A DNA stretch of 64,000 nucleotides from Candidatus Saccharimonadota bacterium (GTDB lineage Bacteria; Patescibacteriota; Saccharimonadia; Saccharimonadales; Saccharimonadaceae): NCBI GenBank assembly GCA_017479205.1, contig JAFVCN010000009.1, positions 2,179 through 66,178 of the forward strand. The letters are read 5' to 3'. The notes below the pieces were generated by a model. The model did not search any database and was not told the origin of the DNA. It saw only the letters and a list, made by a program, of their open reading frames with translations. The position numbers were made by a program, and so were the translations under genes. This document shows positions 55,370 through 62,959 of the stretch, piece by piece (within the stretch, counting starts at the first letter, position 1; the number at the start of each line of letters is the position of its first letter).

Positions 55370-56195
55370 GATATTGGATGGAAGAGAATTGGCTGGTTTT
55401 ATTAAAGCTCGTCAGGAACATCAGGTAAGGGTTCTAAAATCTCAGAAGAAAAAGCCGTGTCTTGTTATTTTGCGTGATTCAAATAATCCAGTGATTACAA
55501 AATATGTTGAATTAAAAAAGCGATATGGTGAAGATATTGGAGTAGAAGTAATCGATGCGTTTTTAGAGAATGCCACTACGGAAGAGTTTATTCGTGAGAT
55601 TCAAAAATATAATCATGACGAAAATGTACATGGTATGATTGTTCAACTTCCGCTGCTTGAAGATAAAAATACTGAAGAAATTGTTAATGAAATTGCGGCC
55701 GAGAAAGATGTTGACGGGCTGGCGAAATATGAAGGGCGTGAGAGCGAACGGGTTTTTGATTCGGCGACAGCAACCGCGATTAACTGGTTGTTAGCTGGAC
55801 ATAATATTGAGCTTGAGAGTAAGAAGATCGCGATTGTAGGACGAGGAAAGCTGGTAGGAAGTCCGTTAATCCGAATGTGGACTAATTCAGGATATAATAT
55901 CGAGGTATTTCATCGCGGTTCAGATTTTTCAAAACTAAAAGAATTTGACGTAATTGTAACAGCAACTGGAAACCCGCATTTAATTACGAATGAAATGATA
56001 AAAGCTGGGGCGGTAGTGGTTGATGCTGGAACTGCAAGTGAAGGCGGACATCTAGTTGGAGATATTAATGAAGAAATTAGAGAACGACAGGATTTAACTG
56101 CGATTACTCCGAAGATCGGTGGGGTTGGGCCACTAACTGTAACCGTGCTTTTTGAAGATGTTTTGAAAGCTTGCGAAAATACCCTAAAAGTCTAA
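55362..56195 (+). CDS. folD: bifunctional methylenetetrahydrofolate dehydrogenase/cyclohydrolase
   Basis: ILDGRELA start, VQLPL, VDG, GRGKLVG, GGVGPLT motifs. Confidence 0.9.
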   Translation: MTKILDGRELAGFIKARQEHQVRVLKSQKKKPCLVILRDSNNPVITKYVELKKRYGEDIGVEVIDAFLENATTEEFIREIQKYNHDENVHGMIVQLPLLEDKNTEEIVNEIAAEKDVDGLAKYEGRESERVFDSATATAINWLLAGHNIELESKKIAIVGRGKLVGSPLIRMWTNSGYNIEVFHRGSDFSKLKEFDVIVTATGNPHLITNEMIKAGAVVVDAGTASEGGHLVGDINEEIRERQDLTAITPKIGGVGPLTVTVLFEDVLKACENTLKV

Positions 56196-56200
56196 AAAAA

Positions 56201-56209
56201 TGCTATAAT
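56201..56209 (+). promoter_or_regulatory. extended -10 (TGCTATAAT) of a leaderless mRNA
   Basis: 6 nt before ATG 56216. Confidence 0.55.
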
Positions 56210-56215
56210 AAAAAT

Positions 56216-56599
56216 ATGTTGACGACAGGTCTAATTTCTTGGTGGTATATAGACGGTTATAAACTTTTTGCGTCTAGGATTTGGACTAAACTTGGGGATA
56301 CGGCTGATTTCTTTTCGATTGGTTCGCTTTTAAGAACGCTTTTTGCGCCCTATCGCCAGATTTCAGCAAACGCTTCTGGTAATTCAATAGATGCTAAATT
56401 TATGGCATTTCTCGATCGCTTAGTTTCAAGATTAGTTGGCGGAGTTGCGAGGTTAGGAATTATTTTATTTGGTATAATTGTGATAATTTTACAGTTAATT
56501 TTGTCGATAGCCAGCCTGGTTATTTGGCCACTTTTGCCAGTTATACCAATTATCTGTATTATTTTAAGCATTATGGGGGTAACGATATGGATCAAATAA
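56216..56599 (+). CDS. hypothetical small membrane protein (128 aa)
   Basis: ATG 56216 lies 6 nt after TGCTATAAT. Two C-terminal TMs. Overlaps the next gene by 13 nt. Confidence 0.45.
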   Translation: MLTTGLISWWYIDGYKLFASRIWTKLGDTADFFSIGSLLRTLFAPYRQISANASGNSIDAKFMAFLDRLVSRLVGGVARLGIILFGIIVIILQLILSIASLVIWPLLPVIPIICIILSIMGVTIWIK

Positions 56600-58989
56600 A
56601 TCAGTATAATCCGAATTCGGCTCGTGCAAAATATGCGCGTCTTGGGCATACGCTTGGTTCGCCGCTTTTGACTGGACTTTTGGTTATAGCCTTAATACTT
56701 GCGTTGGTCTTTGGCGGGATTCTAGTATTCTCTTGCAATGCTTTAGGGTGGCTTGCAATCGGTATTGCGGATATTATATTGATTTTAATTATCTATATCA
56801 AAATGTTATTTGTAAAAGTGCCGCTTGGGAAGACGGATAATATTAATGATATTCTATCGAGCAATGTTTTAGCTTTGCTTGGACAAAAACCGACAGTAAA
56901 GATGGTTGCGTCGAGTTTGATGAAGACTCGTTCTGGAAATTTTTTGGCGCTTCGTTTTGGGCTAATTCCTAGATTATTAGAAGGTGTAGCAAGTGATTTG
57001 CCAGAAGATATGGTGCCAATTTTCGAGACTTCAAGAAAAATTGCGAAAAAGATTAATGCGAGCCAGATTTCTGGCGGAATTATTGCAATCGCAATTATTG
57101 AAAATCATCCGAACCATGAAGAAATTTTATCGCGAATGCGACTCGATTTAGGGGATTTATATGAGGGGATTACCTGGTATAACTATTTGCATGGATTAGT
57201 TAAAGATTCAAAGAAAAAACGCCGTGATGGTGGAATCGGAAGAGATTTTACCTTTGGATTTACGCCGCTACTTTCGCGTTTTGGGCAAAATATATCTGCT
57301 TCAAGAAGCCTAACAACAAAAACCCAACTTTTTCGAGCTTCAAATCAAGAAGCAATTGCTCAAATGACGGAAATTTTTAGTCGTACTGGTCGTCAGAATG
57401 TCGCTCTGATTGGTCCGGATGGCTGTGGGCGTTCAACTATCGTAAATGCGTTTTCAGAGTTATTACTTGACGCAAATTCGAAGATTAACAGGGATTTAAA
57501 GTATCGTCAGATTTTTAAACTTGATGCAGGGTCTATTATAGGCGGAACGGGCGGACAAGGAGATATTGAACGTCTTGTAACTGGTCTTTTGAACGAAGCT
57601 TATTCTGCTAAAAATATTATTATTTACCTAAATAACGCTCACCTTTTCTTTGAGAACGGTGTCGGTTCGGTTGATATTTCAAATCTACTTTTGCCGGTTT
57701 TAGAGGCGGGGAAGTTACGTATGATTTTAAGTCTTGATGAGCAGCGTTTTCTTGAGATTTCTGCGAAAAATCCAGCGCTTGCAAATGTTTTAAATAAAAT
57801 TATGATTGCTCCGAGTAATGAAGAAGAAACTATAAAAATCATGGAAGATCAGGTGCCATTTTTGGAGTTTAAACATAAAGTTACTTATACCTATTGGTCT
57901 CTGAAAGAAGCATATCGATTAGGGGATAGATATGTAAAAAATGTGGCGATGCCTGGAAAAGCAATTCGAGTACTTGAAGACGCGGCGAGATATGCAAGAG
58001 GTGGGTTAGTATTCGGAGAAAGCGTTTCGGAGGCGATTGAAAAATCTGAAGGAGTAAAACTGCAAACCGCTAATGATTCGACAGAAGAAAAGAATAAACT
58101 TTTGAATCTTGAAAAACTAATCCATGAAAGAATGATCGACCAGGAGCCGGCAGTTCATGCTGTTTCGGATGCTCTGCGTCGTGCGGCAGTTGGGGTAAGA
58201 AATGAAAATAAACCAATTGGAACTTATCTATTCTTGGGACCGACTGGGGTAGGAAAAACGGAGCTTGCTAAAGCCCTAGCAGAAGTTTATTTTAACGGCG
58301 AGTCGGAAATCATCCGAATTGATATGAATGAATATGTAGAGAGCACAGATGTTAATAGGTTAATTGCTGAGGGTTCGGTAGATGCGATGTCTTTGGCGGC
58401 TCAGGTACAGAAGCATCCGTTTTCCGTGGTGTTACTAGATGAGATTGAAAAGGCTTCGCCACAAGTTCTAACTACTTTACTGCAGATGCTTGATGAAGGT
58501 ATTTTAAGAGATGCAAAAAATCGTGAGATTTCCTTTAGGGATGCTATTGTAATTTGTACCTCGAACGCTGGAGCTGATGTGATTCGTGAAAAAATCCAAA
58601 ATGGTGAAAAATATGAAAATTTGAAGAATGAAATTGTGAATCAGCTAATTTCTAATCGTGAATTTAAGCCAGAGTTTCTGAACCGTTTTGACGAAATCTG
58701 TCTGTTTAAGCCGCTTTCTAAAGATGATTTAGGGAAGATTTGCGACTTACTAATTGCGGGCGTAAATAAAACGCTTGCTCCGCAGAAAATAGCAGTTTCA
58801 TTAGCTGAAGATGCAAAAGATGTTTTAATCGAGGCTGGATATGACCCGTTACTTGGTGCTCGTCCTATGCGAAGAATAGTTAGTAAAACGGTTGAAAATA
58901 TCGTGGCTAAGGCTAGCCTTAGTGGAGATATTTCGAGTGGTTCCAATATTATAATATCTAAAGCTGAAATTGAGGAGGAGCTAAAGTGA
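56587..58989 (+). CDS. membrane-anchored Clp/Hsp100-family AAA+ protein with degenerate D1 module
   Basis: ATG 56587 follows GGGGG. Two N-terminal TMs. D1 has GPDGCGRS (no Walker A Lys) and IYLNNAH (no Walker B DE). D2 is intact ([25 protein letters not shown]). No IGF/LGF ClpP-docking loop seen. Confidence 0.75.
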   Translation: MDQINQYNPNSARAKYARLGHTLGSPLLTGLLVIALILALVFGGILVFSCNALGWLAIGIADIILILIIYIKMLFVKVPLGKTDNINDILSSNVLALLGQKPTVKMVASSLMKTRSGNFLALRFGLIPRLLEGVASDLPEDMVPIFETSRKIAKKINASQISGGIIAIAIIENHPNHEEILSRMRLDLGDLYEGITWYNYLHGLVKDSKKKRRDGGIGRDFTFGFTPLLSRFGQNISASRSLTTKTQLFRASNQEAIAQMTEIFSRTGRQNVALIGPDGCGRSTIVNAFSELLLDANSKINRDLKYRQIFKLDAGSIIGGTGGQGDIERLVTGLLNEAYSAKNIIIYLNNAHLFFENGVGSVDISNLLLPVLEAGKLRMILSLDEQRFLEISAKNPALANVLNKIMIAPSNEEETIKIMEDQVPFLEFKHKVTYTYWSLKEAYRLGDRYVKNVAMPGKAIRVLEDAARYARGGLVFGESVSEAIEKSEGVKLQTANDSTEEKNKLLNLEKLIHERMIDQEPAVHAVSDALRRAAVGVRNENKPIGTYLFLGPTGVGKTELAKALAEVYFNGESEIIRIDMNEYVESTDVNRLIAEGSVDAMSLAAQVQKHPFSVVLLDEIEKASPQVLTTLLQMLDEGILRDAKNREISFRDAIVICTSNAGADVIREKIQNGEKYENLKNEIVNQLISNREFKPEFLNRFDEICLFKPLSKDDLGKICDLLIAGVNKTLAPQKIAVSLAEDAKDVLIEAGYDPLLGARPMRRIVSKTVENIVAKASLSGDISSGSNIIISKAEIEEELK

Positions 58990-59561
58990 AGCGCGCTATT
59001 TTAATTTTTATTTTAACAACAATTGGGATTGTTTCTACTCATATTATAACTGGCCTAACGGATTTTCATATTGACTATTCGATCTCGAAATATGTTGGGA
59101 TGTCTAGTGTATCCAGCATTGTCTTTTTAATTGCAAATTCGTTAGTTGCATGTTTTATCTGGAATGAAGTGGGTCAAAAATTAAATAATAAAATTCAACG
59201 AGCACTAATAATTCTTATTATTATTAGTCTAATAGGACTTTCAATTTGTCCGCTTGGATTTTATGATTATGTAATTCCTGAGCCGGTCATTTTTGGACGA
59301 ACGCCGATTTCTCTTTTTCATGTTGTTTTTGCTCGAGCAATGTTTGCTTTGATGGCAATTTTTGCGGGATATACTTTTTATCTTAATGACATTAAAAAGA
59401 AATACAAAAAAATCTCGACGAAGTTTTCACTTGGTTTTATAATGTATGCAGTTTTCTGTATTGTTTGTTGTGTATTTTTCCCAGATTTCTTCTGGGGGTT
59501 AAATATTATTTTAGAAAGTGCATACCTGCTTGGATTTTTTGTGGTCTTGTTAACGATTTAA
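58986..59561 (+). CDS. hypothetical polytopic membrane protein
   Basis: GTG start overlaps the upstream stop (GTGA). About 6 TMs. No family recognised. Confidence 0.4.
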   Translation: MKRAILIFILTTIGIVSTHIITGLTDFHIDYSISKYVGMSSVSSIVFLIANSLVACFIWNEVGQKLNNKIQRALIILIIISLIGLSICPLGFYDYVIPEPVIFGRTPISLFHVVFARAMFALMAIFAGYTFYLNDIKKKYKKISTKFSLGFIMYAVFCIVCCVFFPDFFWGLNIILESAYLLGFFVVLLTI

Positions 59562-61406
59562 TTAGCTTAAATTATTTTTTCTAAGTGCTTGGCAATTCGC
59601 AATAAGACGGCGAGAAAAGGCTTCGCGGGCGTCGTTAGCGTTATTGTTGTCGCCTTTCCAAACGTCAAGAGCAGGGGATTGTAGCGCCCTTGCGAATGAG
59701 AAAGTTACTGGCCAAGGGAATGGCCCGTTATTGGTAATAGCTTGAAGATTATTAGTTGCTTGTTCGACGCTTTGGCCGCCAGAGAGAAAGACGATTCCGG
59801 CTAATTCTTTAGGGCAATGTTCACGTAAAACCCGAGCAGTCCACTCACCAACTTCTTCTGGAGAAGACTGATTTTCGAATTTTTTACCAGCGAGAACCAT
59901 ATTAACCTTTAAAAGACAGCATTCAATATTAACATTAAAACGTTTTAGCTGTTCGAATAGAGTGTCTAAAATCTGTCCAGTAATTTTTGCACAGGTTTCA
60001 ACAGAATAATATCCGTCATGGACAAGTTCTGGCTCGACAATTGGAACGATTCCCGCGTTTTGACAATCTCTGGCATATTCTGCTAGGATTTCACAGTTTC
60101 TTGTAATGGCAAAAGTGGATGGAGTTTTAACCGTAACTTCATTGCCGCCTACGCCATCTAAACTAACTTCAAAAGCGGTACGCCATTTAGCGAATCTTGC
60201 ACCCATTTCATAATATTCAGCTAATCTTTCAGGTAAGTCATCTAAGCCTTTAGTGTATTTTTCGGAGACATATTCTGGTTCAGTAAAAGGCTCAAGTCCT
60301 TGATCAACTTTAATACCTGGAATAATTCCGAGCGAAGTCAAGAATGATATGAAATCTTGTCCGTTGTCGGCGTGTTGCCTTGCAGTTTCATCGAAAAGAA
60401 TTACTCCGTTAACGTAATCGGAAAGATGGTGTGTAGTGAAGAAGATATTGCGATAATCTCGGCGATGTTGTTCGTCGTCTGGAATCCCCGCTTCTTCAAA
60501 TTTTTTATGAATTGAGCCGCCGCTTTCATCTGCTGCTAAAATGCCTTTACCTGGACTAACTAAAGATCTGGCGATTAATCTTAAATTGCCGTCACGTTCT
60601 TTGTGGTCACTTAATTTTTTCCTTAAAACTTCTTTACTAAGGGAGCCGGTAATTTTTGAATTTTCAACGTTAATAGAAGCTAGTTCTAGAGCGTCTTTAG
60701 TAGATGCTCCGGCGATCATTGTTCCGAAGATTGTCGCCGCAATAATAGAATAACTTGTTAAATGGGTCATTAAATCATTTTTAGAGACACGATAACGCCT
60801 AACGTATTCTCCGCAACGAATTTCATTGTCTAAAATTAAACAATTTACTCCGCCAGTATGAGCTTCTTTTAAAACATCATCCGAGAAAACAACATTTGAA
60901 ATTCGGACTAATTCTCGCGCGGACGAGCGAGTTTCGGCCGGCATTTCATCATATTTTTTAGTAGCTGCAAAAAAGGCTAATTTAGCGTGAGTTAAGCCGA
61001 TATAGTTCTTAATTTTTGAAACTAATTCTTCGTCGATTTCTGCGGAGCGGTCGACAAAAATCCAGTCTACTGGGTTATTCGGCGCAATGAATTTTGTAAC
61101 TTTTCGTTCGCTAGGAACAAAATAGGAAATTTTATCATCAGCATTTAAAATGTAGCGATAAGAATCGGCGATATGGTCTTCTTCAGGGCGAGAAATAACT
61201 GCCTCTAGCCCAAGATTTTTAAAGACTTCTAAAGTAACGTTCGCTCCACCAAAAACGGAGGTTCTAGAAAAGTAGGAATGATGTTCGCCGTTAAACGCGA
61301 CATCCATCCAAGGAATTCCATTTTCATCAGTTTCAAAATTATTTTGTTTAGAATCAAGATTAAGATAAACATCCTTGATTATATTTCCTACAATCAAAAT
61401 ACGCAT
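59562..61406 (-). CDS. fusion protein: N-terminal PfkB/ribokinase-like domain (catalytic motif degenerate) + C-terminal class I fructose-bisphosphate aldolase
   Basis: C-terminal about 335 aa: GILAADES, GARFAKWR, IVEPE, LLKVNMV (Schiff-base Lys), LSGGQS, FSFARALQ. N-terminal about 270 aa: FGGANV sugar-kinase motif, but THLTSYSI where DTxGAGD is expected. Confidence 0.8.
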   Translation of the reverse strand: MRILIVGNIIKDVYLNLDSKQNNFETDENGIPWMDVAFNGEHHSYFSRTSVFGGANVTLEVFKNLGLEAVISRPEEDHIADSYRYILNADDKISYFVPSERKVTKFIAPNNPVDWIFVDRSAEIDEELVSKIKNYIGLTHAKLAFFAATKKYDEMPAETRSSARELVRISNVVFSDDVLKEAHTGGVNCLILDNEIRCGEYVRRYRVSKNDLMTHLTSYSIIAATIFGTMIAGASTKDALELASINVENSKITGSLSKEVLRKKLSDHKERDGNLRLIARSLVSPGKGILAADESGGSIHKKFEEAGIPDDEQHRRDYRNIFFTTHHLSDYVNGVILFDETARQHADNGQDFISFLTSLGIIPGIKVDQGLEPFTEPEYVSEKYTKGLDDLPERLAEYYEMGARFAKWRTAFEVSLDGVGGNEVTVKTPSTFAITRNCEILAEYARDCQNAGIVPIVEPELVHDGYYSVETCAKITGQILDTLFEQLKRFNVNIECCLLKVNMVLAGKKFENQSSPEEVGEWTARVLREHCPKELAGIVFLSGGQSVEQATNNLQAITNNGPFPWPVTFSFARALQSPALDVWKGDNNNANDAREAFSRRLIANCQALRKNNLS

Positions 61407-61520
61407 ATTACTTTAATTTTACCATAAACTTTTTGCTTTGTAAAAAGTTTATGGTAGGTGAGCCTTAAAAACGAGCTATCTAGGTTCGTTTTTTAAGTTT
61501 TTATTCTGGCAATCAAAAAT

Positions 61521-61547
61521 AAAAAGAGCCCCTAAGGGCTCTTTTTT
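61521..61547 (-). terminator. bidirectional-type terminator after rpmA
   Basis: AAAAAGAGCCC-CTAA-GGGCTCTTTTTT. Overlaps the rpmA stop codon. Confidence 0.7.
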
Positions 61548-61818
61548 AGCGAACTTCTACGCGAACGCGAGGTAAGCTTTTACCAGAGAGGTGAGTCTTT
61601 TTCGTTTTAACGAAAGTAACGACTCCGTCTTTAGCGGCGTGAATCGTAAAGTTTTTCGACATATAGGTTCCAGGACCAGCAATTTTAGTCGAGCCAGTTT
61701 GGCGAACTAGAACTTCACCATTTCGAACCTTTTGTCCACCAAAGCGTTTAACGCCGAGGCGCTGTCCAGCGTTATTGTGGACGTTCTTGGCGGTACCGCC
61801 AGCTTTAACGTGTGACAT
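61546..61818 (-). CDS. rpmA: 50S ribosomal protein L27
   Basis: SHVKAGGTAKN...QRLGVKRFGGQKV signature. 90 aa. Confidence 0.9.
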   Translation of the reverse strand: MSHVKAGGTAKNVHNNAGQRLGVKRFGGQKVRNGEVLVRQTGSTKIAGPGTYMSKNFTIHAAKDGVVTFVKTKKTHLSGKSLPRVRVEVR

Positions 61819-61822
61819 ATTA

Positions 61823-62941
61823 TTATTTCTTCCTTAATACTATTATTTCTCGAGCCACAATTTGCCCCTCTCTAAAGTAGAGCATATCCTCTTGACTCAA
61901 GTGGTTTAACTTCTCTACATTATACCCCAGTTTTGTGATTTCGTCAAGGATATTTAAGCGTTCGTATTTACCGTTTGGACGTAGCCAAGCTGGTATTGCG
62001 AGCGCAAGCGGCGTTTTAGGAGAGATTTGAACAGAAATATTTTTTAAGAAACCTAAAATTATCTTTGAACATTCTTGTTTTTGCTCTTTTAGTTTAATTT
62101 CTAATGGAGGCTGGGACATAGGGGCGCCGAGATAGGTTTCGCAGGCTACTCCGTCGATATCTAAGCTCCATTGGAAGTCGGTTGCATCGCCAACTTCAAC
62201 TTTAAAATCTTTAATATCGTGATTTTTCTTGAGCCAATTTAAGTTTTTCTCGCTATATTCAACCATTCTGTCGGATAAATCGGTCCCATAAACGGAAAAA
62301 CCATCTAGAGCAGCTTCTTGAAGTAAGACACCAGTTCCGCAAAATGGATCTAAAATTCGGGAATCTTTTGGTAGAGGTCCAAGAAGATTAACTAGAATTT
62401 GAGCTAGTTTAGGGGGGAGCATTCCGACCTTTGCGTCGCGCATTGGTCGTTTTTGGTCGCGATTTTTATAGGCTGTAATGTTTTGTACTCCGATTAATGT
62501 ATAAAACTCTCGCCCAACTTTTAAAAATTCAATATGGCCTGGTTTTTCGCCCATTTGGTTATGATGTGAGGTGGCGGAAGAAAGAGTAGCTTCGCTATTT
62601 GCAAGAACACGGCAAGAGCGATTCTGCCGACTTAAAATCTTTTTAATTTTCATAGCTTCGGCTTGAGACTTGTGTCGATTTGAATCTTTAGAATAATCTG
62701 AAATACCAATGATGAATTTTCCGGAAAAATCGAGAGATAAAAGATAATCGACTGGAGAGGTAGTTAAAAGTTCCCCGAATTTAACTGAACCGCCAAAATA
62801 GTTAATATTTGGTTTTTTATCACTTTCAAAGACTGCTAAATTTGGTCCGATTTTTCGGACAGATTCTCCAAATTGACTGGTAAGTTCGGCAAGGGAAACA
62901 TTTGAAAGTCGTCCAAGTACCGCTAGATATTTTTTAATCAT
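61823..62941 (-). CDS. class I SAM-dependent methyltransferase, Trm11/RlmL-like (probable RNA m2G type)
   Basis: An N-terminal THUMP-like region is plausible. Motif I is ILDPFCGTGVLLQEA. The motif IV position reads ETYLGAP rather than DPPY. Confidence 0.45.
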   Translation of the reverse strand: MIKKYLAVLGRLSNVSLAELTSQFGESVRKIGPNLAVFESDKKPNINYFGGSVKFGELLTTSPVDYLLSLDFSGKFIIGISDYSKDSNRHKSQAEAMKIKKILSRQNRSCRVLANSEATLSSATSHHNQMGEKPGHIEFLKVGREFYTLIGVQNITAYKNRDQKRPMRDAKVGMLPPKLAQILVNLLGPLPKDSRILDPFCGTGVLLQEAALDGFSVYGTDLSDRMVEYSEKNLNWLKKNHDIKDFKVEVGDATDFQWSLDIDGVACETYLGAPMSQPPLEIKLKEQKQECSKIILGFLKNISVQISPKTPLALAIPAWLRPNGKYERLNILDEITKLGYNVEKLNHLSQEDMLYFREGQIVAREIIVLRKK

Positions 62942-62944
62942 ATG

Positions 62945-62953
62945 TGCTACAAT
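62945..62953 (+). promoter_or_regulatory. extended -10 (TGCTACAAT) of a leaderless mRNA
   Basis: 6 nt before ATG 62960. Lies 3 nt upstream of the divergent methyltransferase start codon (62939-62941). Confidence 0.5.
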
Positions 62954-62959
62954 TATAAC

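Noticed and set aside
54338-56586. Track start codons TTG 54338 (murB), TTG 56171 and 56524
   Set aside because: Each over-extends into an upstream promoter box or the preceding gene. Starts at 54356 (GTG), 56216 and 56587 (both ATG) fit the promoter or SD context better. The murB start remains uncertain.
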